Shown piece by piece: positions 50,606 through 61,736 of a stretch of DNA of 64,000 nt. Location of the stretch: assembly GCA_963847625.1 (NCBI GenBank), contig CAWKAR010000025.1, forward strand, positions 83,651 through 147,650, read 5' to 3'. This DNA comes from a candidate division FCPU426 bacterium. GTDB taxonomy: Bacteria > Oederibacteriota > Muellerivitia > Muellerivitales > Muellerivitaceae. The notes below the pieces were generated by a model. That model was given only the letters and a program-made list of their open reading frames with translations, was not told the DNA's origin and did no database searches. Made by a program: the position numbers and the translations under genes. Every line of letters begins with the position of its first letter. The first letter of the stretch is position 1.

Positions 50606-51091
50606 CTAGACAGAAATAGCTGTTACTTCTTTCTGCTTTTTCTTTTCGTTTCCTTTAGAGGAAACTTCTGTTGAAGAGACTGTTTCTTTTTTACCTTTTT
50701 TGTCCGCCTTAGTTTCTTTTGTTATTTCAACAATAGGTCGATCAACCAATTCCAAAAAAACCATATCCGCACCATCCCCAGCCCTAAAACCCAACTTAAG
50801 GATCCTAGTATAGCCCCCTTTTCTTTCCGCATAACGGTAAACCAGGGTTTTATACAATTTATTAACAACATCTCTTTCACGTACAAACCCTAATACTCTT
50901 CGCTTTGAAGCCAAAGTTTCCTTCTTGGCAAAAGTTATCATTTTTTCAGCATAGCGTCGAACTTCTTTTGCCCTTATTTTGGTTGTTTTAATTCGTTCAT
51001 GTTTAAGAAGCGAAGTAACCATGTTCCTAATTAAGGCCCTACGGTGAGCTGGTTGTACACCTAAATGTCCATGATGAGCACTATGTCTCAT
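50606..51091 (-). CDS. rplQ: 50S ribosomal protein L17 with Lys-rich C-terminal extension
   Basis: MRHSAHHGHLGV...IKTTKIRAKEVRRYAEKMIT; about 45 extra C-terminal residues rich in K/E. Confidence 0.85.
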   Translation of the reverse strand: MRHSAHHGHLGVQPAHRRALIRNMVTSLLKHERIKTTKIRAKEVRRYAEKMITFAKKETLASKRRVLGFVRERDVVNKLYKTLVYRYAERKGGYTRILKLGFRAGDGADMVFLELVDRPIVEITKETKADKKGKKETVSSTEVSSKGNEKKKQKEVTAISV

Positions 51092-51115
51092 TTTTTCTCC
51101 TAGATTCGCTTCAGT

Positions 51116-52129
51116 TTAAACGTTTGATTCAACTCGGGGTAAAGAGACCGGCTTTCCTTTGGCTAAAATCGAATCGACATCCATTCCAAAAGAAAGGCCC
51201 ATTCCGCTTAATATTTCTTTAATTTCGTTAAGAGATTTTCTGCCAAAGTTTTTGTATTTCAGCATATCTGATTCGGTCTTACGCACCAAATCGCCGATTG
51301 TTTTAATACTCGCTGTCTTTAAACAATTGGCAGAACGGACTGACAATTCTAATTCCTCTACGCTTTCATTTAATAATTCACGTAAACGTTCTTCTTCTTC
51401 GCTTACAGAATCATCTTGTTGAATAGGTTCTTCTTCAAAATTAATGAATATCTGAAGGGAATCACGCAAGATTTTCGAAGCATGTGCAAGAGCATCTTCC
51501 GGATGAATCCTTCCATCTGTCCAAATTTCAATAATAAGTTTATCATAATCGGTAATCTGTCCAATGCGAGCCGATTCGACCGAATATTTAACTTGAACTA
51601 CTGGTGTAAAAATAGAATCTATAGGAATAACTCCTATCGATTGTCCCTCCCTTTTATTTCGTTCGGCTGGTGCGTAGCCGCGTCCTTCGGATACTTCGAT
51701 CTCAATATCCAAAGCGGCATCTTCTTCTGTTAAAGTCGCCAAATGTAATTGTGGATTTAATATCTCAATATCACCATCAGTCTGTATATCTGCCGCCACT
51801 ACATTTCTTTCTCCCTTAACAAATAATCGTAAAACTTTTGAACCTGAATTAAAAAGTTTTATTTTTAATTCTTTTAAATTTAAAATAATTTCCGTTGTAT
51901 CTTCAACCACTCCGGGGATAGAAGAAAACTCATGTGAAACACCCTGAAACTTTACAGATGTAACTGCGGCACCAGTAATCGAGGATAATAAAATTCTCCG
52001 AAGAGAATTTCCCACCGATTGCCCATATCCTCTTTCAAAAGGTTCCGCTATGAATTTGCCATAAGTCGGAGTAAGACTTTCTTTTTCATAATCTAAAAAT
52101 TTCGGAATTTGAACGTTTCCGATTTGCAT
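51116..52129 (-). CDS. rpoA: DNA-directed RNA polymerase alpha subunit
   Basis: 337 aa; NTD and CTD (LSVRSANCLKTASIKTIGDL). Confidence 0.9.
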   Translation of the reverse strand: MQIGNVQIPKFLDYEKESLTPTYGKFIAEPFERGYGQSVGNSLRRILLSSITGAAVTSVKFQGVSHEFSSIPGVVEDTTEIILNLKELKIKLFNSGSKVLRLFVKGERNVVAADIQTDGDIEILNPQLHLATLTEEDAALDIEIEVSEGRGYAPAERNKREGQSIGVIPIDSIFTPVVQVKYSVESARIGQITDYDKLIIEIWTDGRIHPEDALAHASKILRDSLQIFINFEEEPIQQDDSVSEEEERLRELLNESVEELELSVRSANCLKTASIKTIGDLVRKTESDMLKYKNFGRKSLNEIKEILSGMGLSFGMDVDSILAKGKPVSLPRVESNV

Positions 52130-52176
52130 AATGCCTCCCGCAAGAATAGTCCCATGGGACTTTTTTTAGTTACCAA

Positions 52177-52797
52177 TTACTTTGAGTATAATTCAACAAT
52201 GAGTTGTTCTTGAATTGGTAGCGCGATCTCCTCTTTAGTCGGAATTTTTTTAAAAATTCCAGAAAACGATCCAGCATCCACTTCTAGCCATTCAGGAACG
52301 TTCTTTTTTTGAAGTGTTTCCAATGAACGCTTAATAACTACATTCTCTTTATACTTATCTAAAATGGAAATCTTATCCCCAGCCTTTAAAAGGTAAGAAG
52401 GTATATCAACTTTTTTCCCATTCACCAAAACCATTCCATGACGAACTACCTGACGGGCTTGGTACCGAGATTCAGCAAACCCCAATCGATAGATGGTGTT
52501 ATCCAAACGTTGTTCTAATAATTGCAACAATGTTTCACCAGTAACTCCTTTCTTTCTAGAGGCCATTGAAAAATATCTTCTAAATTGCTTTTCATATAAA
52601 CCATATATTCTTTTAACCTTTTGTTTTTCACGTAATTGTAGCCCATATTCAGTATCTTTGCGCCGTTTTTGTCCGTGCTGGCCAGGGGCATATCCTCTTC
52701 TTTCGAAAGCACATTTTTCGGTATCACAACGATTTCCCTTCAAATAAAGCTTCATTCCTTCACGCCGACAAATTCGACATACGGATTGATCACTCAT
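52177..52797 (-). CDS. rpsD: 30S ribosomal protein S4
   Basis: N-terminal zinc-finger-like [23 protein letters not shown]; S4 domain. Confidence 0.9.
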   Translation of the reverse strand: MSDQSVCRICRREGMKLYLKGNRCDTEKCAFERRGYAPGQHGQKRRKDTEYGLQLREKQKVKRIYGLYEKQFRRYFSMASRKKGVTGETLLQLLEQRLDNTIYRLGFAESRYQARQVVRHGMVLVNGKKVDIPSYLLKAGDKISILDKYKENVVIKRSLETLQKKNVPEWLEVDAGSFSGIFKKIPTKEEIALPIQEQLIVELYSK

Positions 52798-52808
52798 TCA
52801 ATTCTCCT

Positions 52809-53252
52809 TTAAACCCGTCTACGTTTAGGCGGTCTGCATCCATTATGGGGTACCGGAGTAACATCCTTGATTAAGGAAATCTGTAATCCGCTTGTCTGAA
52901 TTGCACGAATGGCCGCTTCTCGACCCGAACCAGGACCTTTGACATATACTTCTACAGATTTCATTCCAGCATCAACAGCCTTTTTCCCAGCGGCTTCAGC
53001 AGCAACTTGAGCAGAAAATGGAGTTGATTTCCGGCTTCCCTTGAAATTCATTAATCCAGCAGAAGACCAAACAATAACATTTCCTTTTGCGTCAGTTACT
53101 GTCACCAGTGTATTATTAAAAGTGCATTGGATATGAACCACGCCGTTTCTTGGTGCTTTTTTACCTTTTTTTACCGTTGATGCAACAGATGTTTTTTCAT
53201 TTCCTTCTATTTTTATTTCTTTCTCTTCAACATTTTCAGGTTTTTCAGCCAC
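52809..53252 (-). CDS. rpsK: 30S ribosomal protein S11
   Basis: [12 protein letters not shown]...[11 protein letters not shown]. Confidence 0.9.
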   Translation of the reverse strand: MAEKPENVEEKEIKIEGNEKTSVASTVKKGKKAPRNGVVHIQCTFNNTLVTVTDAKGNVIVWSSAGLMNFKGSRKSTPFSAQVAAEAAGKKAVDAGMKSVEVYVKGPGSGREAAIRAIQTSGLQISLIKDVTPVPHNGCRPPKRRRV

Positions 53253-53291
53253 TTATTTCTCCTCAATTAAAATTTAATGTAAAAAGTTAAT

Positions 53292-53672
53292 TTATTCTTC
53301 TTTTTTTCGCCCACTTCCAACTGTCTTTCTAGGTCCTTTACGTGTTCTAGAATTAGTTTTGGTTCGCTGACCCCGGACAGGAAGACCCTTTCTATGACGC
53401 AAACCACGGTATGTTCCGATATCAATTAATCTTTTGATATTCATGGATATTTCTCTTCTTAAATCGCCTTCCACTTTAATGTTATTCACATTAATAACAT
53501 TCTGAATTCGGGCAACCTCATCATCTTTAAGATTTTTCACTCTAATATCAGGATTAACATTGGCCTTAATCAAAATTTCCTTTGAAAGTGCCAAACCTAT
53601 GCCATAAACATACGTTAAAGCAACCTCCATGCGCTTTTCTTTTGGTAAATCCACACCCGAAATTCGTGCCAT
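53292..53672 (-). CDS. rpsM: 30S ribosomal protein S13
   Basis: [26 protein letters not shown]. Confidence 0.9.
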   Translation of the reverse strand: MARISGVDLPKEKRMEVALTYVYGIGLALSKEILIKANVNPDIRVKNLKDDEVARIQNVINVNNIKVEGDLRREISMNIKRLIDIGTYRGLRHRKGLPVRGQRTKTNSRTRKGPRKTVGSGRKKEE

Positions 53673-53688
53673 ATGTATTTACTCCTTT

Positions 53689-53802
53689 TTAACCTTGCCG
53701 TTGTTTATGTTTCGGATTAGTGCATATGACCCTAATAACACGTTTACGTCGAATAACTTTGCACTTGTCGCAAATGGGCTTAACAGATGATCGAACTTTC
53801 AT
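53689..53802 (-). CDS. rpmJ: 50S ribosomal protein L36 (zinc-binding)
   Basis: Not in the supplied ORF track (37 aa): [37 protein letters not shown]. Confidence 0.85.
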   Translation of the reverse strand: MKVRSSVKPICDKCKVIRRKRVIRVICTNPKHKQRQG

Positions 53803-53832
53803 TCTCTAGCCTTCCTTTTTTCTCTACAAAAT

Positions 53833-54051
53833 TCATTTAAATCGATAAGTTATACGCCCTCGACTCAAATCATATGGTGATAACTCAACTGTAACTCGAT
53901 CACCCGGTAGTATTCGGATAAAATTCATTCGCATCTTCCCAGACACATGGGCTAAAACTACATGTTTATTTTCCAGTTCAACCCTAAAACTAGCATTAGG
54001 AAGAGCTTCAATAACTGTACCCTCTATTGAAATAGCTTCTTCTTTAGCCAT
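53833..54051 (-). CDS. infA: Translation initiation factor IF-1
   Basis: 72 aa, S1-like. Confidence 0.9.
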   Translation of the reverse strand: MAKEEAISIEGTVIEALPNASFRVELENKHVVLAHVSGKMRMNFIRILPGDRVTVELSPYDLSRGRITYRFK

Positions 54052-54075
54052 ACTTCTCCGTCCCCTTTAATGGGG

Positions 54076-54822
54076 TTATATCCGCGTCAAGTTCTCTGTA
54101 CCATTCACTCCCACCGAAATGGTATCTTCAAAATGGGCGGAAAATTTACCATCTTTAGTAACAACTGTCCAGCCGTCATCTAAAATCTGAACTTCTTCAG
54201 AACCCATATTTACCATGGGTTCTAGGGCAAGACACATACCAACCACGATAGGTGGCCCTTGGTGGGGCACACCATAATTAGGAACTTGGGGTTCTTCATG
54301 CATAGCCTGTCCAATGCCATGCCCCACATAATCTTTCACTATTGAAAAACCATTTTTTTCAACGAAATTCTGTATTGTAAAACCTATATCAGAAATTCTA
54401 TTTCCTTCTCGGCATTTTTCGATACCTTTATCTAAAGCAGAAAAAGTTATTCCGAGAAGCAATTTTACTTCTGGCGTAACTCTCCCGACTGCAAAAGTAC
54501 GAGCAGAATCTCCACAGTAACCTTTATAAAACGCGCCTATGTCAATTCCGACAATATCCCCTTCCACTAAAACTCGAGACCCTGGGACGCCATGAACAAC
54601 TTGTTCATTGATCGATGTACAAATAGTCGCAGGATAACCGTGATATCCCAAAAAAGCCGGAGTACAACTATTTTTTATGATGAAATCATAAGCATACTTA
54701 TTTAACTCAAAAGTTGTAATACCTGGTTTAATTAGTTCTTGAAGTTTTTGAAGTGCCTCCCCAACAACACGACCACTGATTCTCATAAACTTCAATTCAG
54801 ACTCTGACTTGATTGTAATCAC
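54076..54822 (-). CDS. map: Methionine aminopeptidase type I
   Basis: Metal ligands in GHGIG, VVGMCLALEPM. Confidence 0.9.
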   Translation of the reverse strand: MITIKSESELKFMRISGRVVGEALQKLQELIKPGITTFELNKYAYDFIIKNSCTPAFLGYHGYPATICTSINEQVVHGVPGSRVLVEGDIVGIDIGAFYKGYCGDSARTFAVGRVTPEVKLLLGITFSALDKGIEKCREGNRISDIGFTIQNFVEKNGFSIVKDYVGHGIGQAMHEEPQVPNYGVPHQGPPIVVGMCLALEPMVNMGSEEVQILDDGWTVVTKDGKFSAHFEDTISVGVNGTENLTRI

Positions 54823-55478
54823 TACTCCTTTATCTCTTTCTTCAACACAGCAAATATTTGAGTTAAAGAATTATTAAGATCTCCGTCACAAAGAACCTTT
54901 TTTAATAACTTTTTTTTTTCATAATAATTTATCAATGGATCTGTATCCTTTTTATAAACAGTTAAGCGATTTTTAATTGTTTCCGGTCGATCATCTGGTC
55001 GTTGAATTAATTCTTTCCCGCATTTATCACAAATCCCGTCCATTTTTGGTTTCATAGTTTCAATGTTAAAAGTTGAATTACAATTAGGGCAAACACGCCT
55101 ACCAGTTAACCGTCTTATAAGAATATTTTGATTTACTTCGATCTTTAAAACAACGTCTAATCGGATATTTTCCATAATTAAAATATCATCAAGAATTTTT
55201 GCTTGAGACACGTTTCTTGGAAAACCATCTAAGATGAAACCTTTGATAGCATCGGGTTGTTTAATCCGTTCTTTAATGATTCCGATTACAATCGAATCTG
55301 GTACTAATTCTCCTTTTTTCATAAATTCTTGGGCTTGAAAACCCCATGCCGTTTCACTCTTGACTGAGGTTCGCAATATATCACCGGTTGAAATTTGGGG
55401 AATCCTGTATTTTTTCATGATTTCTGCTGAATAGGTTCCTTTTCCTGCTCCAGGTTCTCCTAAAATTAAAATCCGCAT
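54822..55478 (-). CDS. adk: Adenylate kinase (zinc lid)
   Basis: GEPGAGKGT P-loop; CPNCN...CDKCG lid. Confidence 0.9.
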   Translation of the reverse strand: MRILILGEPGAGKGTYSAEIMKKYRIPQISTGDILRTSVKSETAWGFQAQEFMKKGELVPDSIVIGIIKERIKQPDAIKGFILDGFPRNVSQAKILDDILIMENIRLDVVLKIEVNQNILIRRLTGRRVCPNCNSTFNIETMKPKMDGICDKCGKELIQRPDDRPETIKNRLTVYKKDTDPLINYYEKKKLLKKVLCDGDLNNSLTQIFAVLKKEIKE

Positions 55479-56818
55479 TAAAAAGCGCTCCGCCCTTTTA
55501 ACCTGCCTTTCTTCATAAAGCCATCGTAATGTCTCATCAATAAATGTGATTCAATCTGTTTCATGGTGTCTAAAGCAACTCCAACAATGATTAATAGAGA
55601 CGTACCGCCAAAGTAAATGGGAATATTAAGATTCCTGGTTAAAACATCCGGAGCCACTGCAACCACACAAACCGCTAGTGCTCCCCAAATAGTAATTCGA
55701 GTTAAGGTTCTATCGATAAATTCAGCCGTTGGTTGTCCGGGCCGGATTCCCGGAATGAAGCCACCGTACTTTTTCATATTTTCGGAAAGATCTGTTGGAT
55801 TAAATGCAATAGCAGTATAAAAATAACAGAAGAAGACAATTAAACCAGAATACAAAACATAATAAAAAAAAGCCCCAGGAGATAAATTCCGAATAATTAA
55901 ATCCATAATATTATAGAGCCACCCATTCACTTCAGAAGTAACAGGTGGAAGGGATTGAATGTATTTAGCTGCTGAAGCAGGAAATACCAAAATAGAAGAT
56001 GCAAAAATAACGGCAATTACTCCGGAATAATCCACTTTTAATGGTAACTGAGTTGATTGGCCTTTGAACACCTGTCTTCCTACAACTCGAGTAGCATACT
56101 GGACTGGAATTTTACGTGCACCTTGCTGAAGAATCACAATGAAGGCAATTGTTGCAATCGAAAATAGTGCGAAAAAAAGAAATGAAAAGAGACTTACTTG
56201 TCCGATTTTAAAAAGTCTAAAAGTAGCGGCTAATTCTCCAGGAAGACCGGCTACGATGCCTGCGAATATGATTAAAGAAATCCCATTTCCTATCCCATAT
56301 TCGGTGATTTGCTCTCCCAACCACATTATAAATATGGTTCCTGTTGTTAAAGCTAAAACTGTCATAATCTGAAAACCAAAACCCCAATGATATACAAAGC
56401 TTTCACCCAAACTCCGTAACAAGTAAGTTGTACCTGTTCCCTGTACAATACAAAGGGCCACTGTACCAATTCGAGTATATTGAGTTATTTTACGGCGGCC
56501 GGTTTCACCTTCTTTAGAAAGCTTTTCAAGTGTTGGGATTACAGCCGTTAAAAGTTGAAGAATAATGGACATGCTAATATATGGCATTACACCAAGCGCA
56601 AAAATAGAAGATTGTTTTAATGCGCCGCCTGAAAAAAGGTTTAAAAAACCTAATATACCATTACCCTGACTTTTAAAAAAATTTGATAAAACGCTAACGT
56701 TAACACCAGGAATAGGTATATGAATTCCAATTCGGTAAACCAATAAAATACCAAAGGTAAACAAAACACGAGATTTTAACTCTGGAACTCTAAAAATATT
56801 GGTAAAAGCAGAAAACAC
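55478..56818 (-). CDS. secY: Preprotein translocase SecY
   Basis: 446 aa, 10 TM. Confidence 0.9.
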   Translation of the reverse strand: MFSAFTNIFRVPELKSRVLFTFGILLVYRIGIHIPIPGVNVSVLSNFFKSQGNGILGFLNLFSGGALKQSSIFALGVMPYISMSIILQLLTAVIPTLEKLSKEGETGRRKITQYTRIGTVALCIVQGTGTTYLLRSLGESFVYHWGFGFQIMTVLALTTGTIFIMWLGEQITEYGIGNGISLIIFAGIVAGLPGELAATFRLFKIGQVSLFSFLFFALFSIATIAFIVILQQGARKIPVQYATRVVGRQVFKGQSTQLPLKVDYSGVIAVIFASSILVFPASAAKYIQSLPPVTSEVNGWLYNIMDLIIRNLSPGAFFYYVLYSGLIVFFCYFYTAIAFNPTDLSENMKKYGGFIPGIRPGQPTAEFIDRTLTRITIWGALAVCVVAVAPDVLTRNLNIPIYFGGTSLLIIVGVALDTMKQIESHLLMRHYDGFMKKGRLKGRSAF

Positions 56819-57256
56819 TTACAATACCTCCACAGTTCCGCCAGCTGTCTTTATTTTTTCTATAGCCGATGCACTAAAAGCATGTGCCTTGACATTTATT
56901 TTATTTTTTATTTCCCCGTTGCCCAAAACTTTTACCTTCTTGGGATCATTAATAAGACCTCTTTGCTCCATTTCTACTGGAGTAACGGTAATGCCGTTTT
57001 CAAAAATGGATAACTGTTCCAAATTAACAATACAATATTGAGACATTCTTCGTGATTTGAATCCTCGAATTGGAAGTCGGCGATAGACCGGAGTTTGCCC
57101 ACCTTCAAATCCTGCACGAACTCCGCCACCCGTTCTTGAATTTTGTCCTTTATTACCCCTAGTAGCAGTCTTTCCATGTCCGGAACCAGGGCCTTTTCCT
57201 ACAATCTTGCATCTTTTTGTAGCCCCGTGGGTTGGTTTTAAATCATCTATTTTCAT
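56819..57256 (-). CDS. rplO: 50S ribosomal protein L15
   Basis: Likely start MKIDDLKPTHGATK (ORF open to 57286, which would overlap rpmD). Confidence 0.85.
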   Translation of the reverse strand: MKIDDLKPTHGATKRCKIVGKGPGSGHGKTATRGNKGQNSRTGGGVRAGFEGGQTPVYRRLPIRGFKSRRMSQYCIVNLEQLSIFENGITVTPVEMEQRGLINDPKKVKVLGNGEIKNKINVKAHAFSASAIEKIKTAGGTVEVL

Positions 57257-57269
57257 TTTTTCAACCTTC

Positions 57270-57446
57270 TCACTTTTTAATTTCAATCAAATAACCAATT
57301 TTACTTACCATCCCTCGAATTACCGGTGTATCCGGCTTAACAATGATTTGTCGTATTCTTTGGAGGCCTAATGCTTTTGCAATTCGGACGTGTTTTGGAA
57401 AACGGCCATTTAAGCTTTTTATCAATTGAATTTTAATCTCGTTCAT
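57270..57446 (-). CDS. rpmD: 50S ribosomal protein L30
   Basis: Not in the supplied ORF track (58 aa): [58 protein letters not shown]; ATGA overlap with rpsE. Confidence 0.8.
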   Translation of the reverse strand: MNEIKIQLIKSLNGRFPKHVRIAKALGLQRIRQIIVKPDTPVIRGMVSKIGYLIEIKK

Positions 57447-57955
57447 GATTTTTCTATCCCGGTCATTCCTTCAATAGCCTTTCCTCTCAATGCAGCGACT
57501 GTATCCGGTGAATGCATATTGCTAAGGCCATTCAATGCCGCCTGAACTACATTAAAAACATTATCTGAACGGATTGATTTTGTTAACACATCATGTATAC
57601 CTGCTAATTCGCAAACAGCCCTTACACCGCCTCCAGCGATAATACCTGTTCCAGGGGCTGCAGGTTTCAAAAGAACACGGGAAGCTTTAAAAATCCCGAC
57701 AATTTCGTGATATAGGGTAAAACCCTTTAAAGGAACTTTAATTAGATTTTTCTTTGCATCCTCTACTGCTTTACGAATCGCATCTGGAACCTCACTGGCT
57801 TTCCCCATTCCAATGCCAACAAACCCATGCCCATCCCCGACTACGACTAAGACGGAAAAGCTAAACCTTCGTCCACCTTTAACCACTTTAGCAACGCGAT
57901 TAATGTGAATAACTTTTTCCTTTAGGTCGAGCTTTGATGCGTCTATTCTTGCCAT
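57443..57955 (-). CDS. rpsE: 30S ribosomal protein S5
   Basis: 170 aa. Confidence 0.9.
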   Translation of the reverse strand: MARIDASKLDLKEKVIHINRVAKVVKGGRRFSFSVLVVVGDGHGFVGIGMGKASEVPDAIRKAVEDAKKNLIKVPLKGFTLYHEIVGIFKASRVLLKPAAPGTGIIAGGGVRAVCELAGIHDVLTKSIRSDNVFNVVQAALNGLSNMHSPDTVAALRGKAIEGMTGIEKS

Positions 57956-57969
57956 AAATTTCCTTAACG

Positions 57970-58335
57970 TTAGAATTGAAGTCCTTTAGCACGGGCTGCA
58001 TCTGCCAATGCCTTTATGCGTCCATGGAAAAGATAACCGCCTCTGTCGAAAACTACTTGAGTGACAGATTTCTCCTTCGCCAGAATGGCTATTTGCTCCC
58101 CAACCATTTTCGCCGCTTCGACGTTCCCGCCCTTTTTTATTTTCCCGCGAAGATTTTTATCATAACTAGCTGAAGCGACCAGTGTAATACCCCTAGTATC
58201 ATCGATAATTTGAGCTGTAATATTTTTAGCGCCTCGATGCACTACCAAACGCGGCCGTTCAAGTGATCCAAACACTTTTTTTCGAATTCGTAGATGGCGG
58301 TGGATTCGAGAAGCTTTTTGTAGTTCCGATGGCAT
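57970..58335 (-). CDS. rplR: 50S ribosomal protein L18
   Basis: 121 aa. Confidence 0.9.
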   Translation of the reverse strand: MPSELQKASRIHRHLRIRKKVFGSLERPRLVVHRGAKNITAQIIDDTRGITLVASASYDKNLRGKIKKGGNVEAAKMVGEQIAILAKEKSVTQVVFDRGGYLFHGRIKALADAARAKGLQF

Positions 58336-58352
58336 CTGTGACCCCTATTCCC

Positions 58353-58925
58353 TTATTTCGCACCCTCTGTTTTTCCAGTGGCTCCTGTTTTTCCTACTTT
58401 CTTTCTAACATATTCGCCCAAATAGCGGACACCTGTTCCTTTATAAACTTCAGGAGGTTTTGCTTGCCGAATTTTCGCCGCTGTCTCACCCACTAAATAC
58501 TTGTCAATACCTTTAACCGTTAATAATGTTTGTTTTTCAATATCCACGGAAACACCTTTAGGCAACTCCAATAAGACCGGATGGCTAAATCCTAAAGACA
58601 TGTTTAATTTCCCTTTTTCCAATGCTGCTCGATAACCCACACCCTGAATTTCAAGCTTTTTTTCAAAACCGGCCGAAACTCCTAGAACCATGTTTTTAAT
58701 CAATGCATTAGTCAAACCTTGTCGAGCGTTCAATACCTTTAAATCGGCATTATTTTTATCATCAACTGAAACAAGTATATGTTTTTCATTAACATCAACT
58801 TTTATTCCCGGCACCAATTCAAGTGTTAAAATGCCTTTAGATCCTTCCACGATCACTTTCTTTCCCTCAATTTTGACTTTGACTCCGGAAGGTATTTCAA
58901 TTGTTTTTTTGGCGATTCGCGCCAT
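58353..58925 (-). CDS. rplF: 50S ribosomal protein L6
   Basis: Likely start MARIAKKTIEIP (ORF open to 58985). Confidence 0.85.
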   Translation of the reverse strand: MARIAKKTIEIPSGVKVKIEGKKVIVEGSKGILTLELVPGIKVDVNEKHILVSVDDKNNADLKVLNARQGLTNALIKNMVLGVSAGFEKKLEIQGVGYRAALEKGKLNMSLGFSHPVLLELPKGVSVDIEKQTLLTVKGIDKYLVGETAAKIRQAKPPEVYKGTGVRYLGEYVRKKVGKTGATGKTEGAK

Positions 58926-58950
58926 AAAATCTCCCTTTAAAATTGGATCT

Positions 58951-59352
58951 TTAATGAACCAAGCAAAGAACTTCGCCGCCGACACCCTGCTGACGGGCTT
59001 GTTGATCTGTTAAAATCCCTTTAGAAGTAGAAAGAATGGCGATTCCCATGCCGCCAATTACTTTGGGGACCCGCATTCTTTCAGTGTAATACCGCCTTCC
59101 TGAACGGCTAACGCGACTTATAGTAGAAATGACCCTTTCTCGATTATCGCCATATTTCATTATGATTCGAATCAATGAAGGCCTTCCCTTTTCCTCGACG
59201 ACTTTATAATTTTTTATAAAACCTTCCTCCGAAAGGATGCGGGAAATTTCAAGTTTTAATTTAGAAAACGGAATATCAACCTTTTCCTTATAGGTATGAT
59301 TGGCGTTACGTATTCTTGTCAACATATCAGCTATTGGATCAGTCATTGACAT
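58951..59352 (-). CDS. rpsH: 30S ribosomal protein S8
   Basis: 133 aa. Confidence 0.9.
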   Translation of the reverse strand: MSMTDPIADMLTRIRNANHTYKEKVDIPFSKLKLEISRILSEEGFIKNYKVVEEKGRPSLIRIIMKYGDNRERVISTISRVSRSGRRYYTERMRVPKVIGGMGIAILSTSKGILTDQQARQQGVGGEVLCLVH

Positions 59353-59368
59353 AATTAAGTCACTCCTC

Positions 59369-59554
59369 TTACCAACTAGCTTTCACTACCCCTGGTATTT
59401 TTCCTTCGCCCGCAAGGTTACGAAAACAAATTCTGCACATCCCAAAACGCCTTAAATAACCTCGAGGACGCCCGCATAGGTTACACCGATGATAAGCACG
59501 CACTTTAAATTTGGGTGTCAGTTTTTGTTTATTAATCAAACATTTTTTTGCCAT
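59369..59554 (-). CDS. rpsN: 30S ribosomal protein S14 type Z (zinc-binding, 61 aa)
   Basis: [20 protein letters not shown]. Confidence 0.9.
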   Translation of the reverse strand: MAKKCLINKQKLTPKFKVRAYHRCNLCGRPRGYLRRFGMCRICFRNLAGEGKIPGVVKASW

Positions 59555-59562
59555 GAAATCTC

Positions 59563-60114
59563 CTAGTTCCTAAAAGGCATACCGAGTAAACTTAATAATT
59601 CTTTTGCTTGTGTGTCGTCCCGGGTCGAAGTTGTAAAAGTTATATCCATTCCATGGATGGATTGAACGTTATCAAAATTAATTTCTTGAAAAATAATTTG
59701 CTCCTTCAAACCAAGGGTATAATTCCCTCTCCCATCAAAAGATCTTGTCGGGACACCACGAAAATCTCGGATTCTAGGTAACGCCACCATAAAAAGCCTT
59801 TCCATAAAATGATACATTCGTTCACCCCTCAATGTCACTTTAGCGCCCAATGGTTGATTAGCTCGAAGTTTGAAATTTGATATTGCCTTTTTAGAACGAG
59901 TAATGGCAGGTTTTTGTCCGCTAATGAGTTTTAACTCATCAACCGCAATATCAAGCAATTTGATGTTGTTTTCCGATGCGGCTTTCCCAATACAAATATT
60001 GATAACTATTTTTTCTACTTTTGGAACTTTCATAATATTTTTAATGTTGAACTTCTTCATTAATGCAGGGATTATTTCTTTATCATATTTTTCTTTAATG
60101 ATCGTTGTTTTCAT
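59563..60114 (-). CDS. rplE: 50S ribosomal protein L5
   Basis: 183 aa. Confidence 0.9.
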   Translation of the reverse strand: MKTTIIKEKYDKEIIPALMKKFNIKNIMKVPKVEKIVINICIGKAASENNIKLLDIAVDELKLISGQKPAITRSKKAISNFKLRANQPLGAKVTLRGERMYHFMERLFMVALPRIRDFRGVPTRSFDGRGNYTLGLKEQIIFQEINFDNVQSIHGMDITFTTSTRDDTQAKELLSLLGMPFRN

Positions 60115-60115
60115 C

Positions 60116-60436
60116 TTATTTTTCCCTATCCAATATTTCGCCGCATTTTCTACAAATTCTTACTGTCGTGGCCTCATTTAATCTCTTGTGTCCAATTCGG
60201 GTTGGTTTTCCACACTTTGTGCAAATCACTTGTAAGTTAGAAATATGTACAGGCGATTCTTTTTCCATTATTCCGCCCTGAGGCATTTGTTGATTGGGTC
60301 GGGTATGTCGCTTAACCATATTAATTTTTTCAATTAGAGCTTTATTTTTTGTTGGAAATAATCGAATAATCCTGCCCTTTTTTCCTCTGTCTTTTCCGGT
60401 TAAAACCAATACTGTGTCATCCCGATGAACATGCAT
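60116..60436 (-). CDS. rplX: 50S ribosomal protein L24 carrying a Cys4 zinc-ribbon in the C-terminal half
   Basis: KOW N-terminus; [29 protein letters not shown] (C-x2-C-x18-C-x2-C). Confidence 0.85.
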   Translation of the reverse strand: MHVHRDDTVLVLTGKDRGKKGRIIRLFPTKNKALIEKINMVKRHTRPNQQMPQGGIMEKESPVHISNLQVICTKCGKPTRIGHKRLNEATTVRICRKCGEILDREK

Positions 60437-60439
60437 GGT

Positions 60440-60808
60440 CTACAAAACCTCCGGAGCTAAAGATATTATTTTCATAAAATTTTTTTCTCTCAATTCTCTA
60501 GTAACCGGGCCGAATATACGAGTACCACGAGGATTCAATTGATCGTTAATAATGACAGCCGCATTTTCATCAAAACGGATATTTGACCCATCTGGGCGGG
60601 AATAAACACGTTTTTGCCGAACCACAACAGCTCTTACCACTTCACTTTTTTTTACCCCCGCCCCTGGAATTGCCTCTTTCACGGCAGCAACAATAATATC
60701 TCCAATGGAAGCATACCTTCTCTTAGTTCCACCAAGAACATGAATACACATTATTTTTGTAGCCCCACTGTTATCCGCCACAGTCAGCATTGTTTGAGGC
60801 ATAATCAT
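60440..60808 (-). CDS. rplN: 50S ribosomal protein L14
   Basis: Likely start [16 protein letters not shown] (122 aa). Confidence 0.85.
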   Translation of the reverse strand: MIMPQTMLTVADNSGATKIMCIHVLGGTKRRYASIGDIIVAAVKEAIPGAGVKKSEVVRAVVVRQKRVYSRPDGSNIRFDENAAVIINDQLNPRGTRIFGPVTRELREKNFMKIISLAPEVL

Positions 60809-61092
60809 ATTATTGCCTCCTGAACTTCCACTGCCTTTTTTAGTATTTTTACTAACCGCCAATGTTTTTCGGCGCTAATGGGCCGTGTTTCAGCTATGAG
60901 TATTATGTCACCTTTATTTGTTTCATTTTTCGGGTCATGAATTTTAAATTTACTTCGCTTTCGAACTAATTTTTTATAAAAAGAATGTTTAATTATACCC
61001 TCAATAAAAACTACCGCCGTCTTATCCATATTCCGGCTTAAAACTACTGCTTTTTTTAACCGAAGATCTTTACGCTCTATTTTCGTTTTCAT
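60805..61092 (-). CDS. rpsQ: 30S ribosomal protein S17
   Basis: 95 aa. Confidence 0.85.
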   Translation of the reverse strand: MKTKIERKDLRLKKAVVLSRNMDKTAVVFIEGIIKHSFYKKLVRKRSKFKIHDPKNETNKGDIILIAETRPISAEKHWRLVKILKKAVEVQEAII

Positions 61093-61109
61093 CTAAGGCT
61101 TAACTCCTT

Positions 61110-61310
61110 TCAATTCTTCAGTCCTTTTTCTTTAACTCGTAGGATGGTTTTTAAACGAGCTACTTGCCGCCTTGCTTCTCGAATCTTCATAGGATTTTCT
61201 AATTGTTTCGTGGATAGCTGTATCTTCAGGTTGAAAAGTTCCTCTTCCTTGGAAATCAACTGTTGTTTCAATTGTTCGATATTCAAATCACGTATTTCTT
61301 TTATTTTCAT
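61110..61310 (-). CDS. rpmC: 50S ribosomal protein L29
   Basis: 66 aa. Confidence 0.85.
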   Translation of the reverse strand: MKIKEIRDLNIEQLKQQLISKEEELFNLKIQLSTKQLENPMKIREARRQVARLKTILRVKEKGLKN

Positions 61311-61732
61311 GAGAGTCCCCCAACATCAATCCTTTTAATATATCGTGTTTTTACTGGAAGTTTATGTGTAGCAAGCTCAAAAGCTTCACGAACAATAGGC
61401 TCTGGGCATCCACTTACTTCAAATAATATTCGTCCGGGTTTTACTACCGCGGACCAATGATCAGGCGCTCCTTTTCCTCCACCCATTCGTACTTCAGCAG
61501 GTTTTCGTGTTATGGGTTTATCAGGGAAAATGCGTACCCACAACTTTCCGACCCGTTTCATATGCCGGTTGATCGCAACTCGGGCAGCTTCAATTTGACG
61601 ATCTGTTATATAACTTGCACTTTCTGATTTTAATGCGTACTCTCCGAATGCGAATGAAAAACCGTTTTTTGTTTTCCCCCTCATCCGCCCCTTCATAGTT
61701 TTTCGATATTTAACACGTTTAGGCATCAACAT
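61307..61732 (-). CDS. rplP: 50S ribosomal protein L16
   Basis: 141 aa. Confidence 0.9.
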   Translation of the reverse strand: MLMPKRVKYRKTMKGRMRGKTKNGFSFAFGEYALKSESASYITDRQIEAARVAINRHMKRVGKLWVRIFPDKPITRKPAEVRMGGGKGAPDHWSAVVKPGRILFEVSGCPEPIVREAFELATHKLPVKTRYIKRIDVGGLS

Positions 61733-61736
61733 AATA

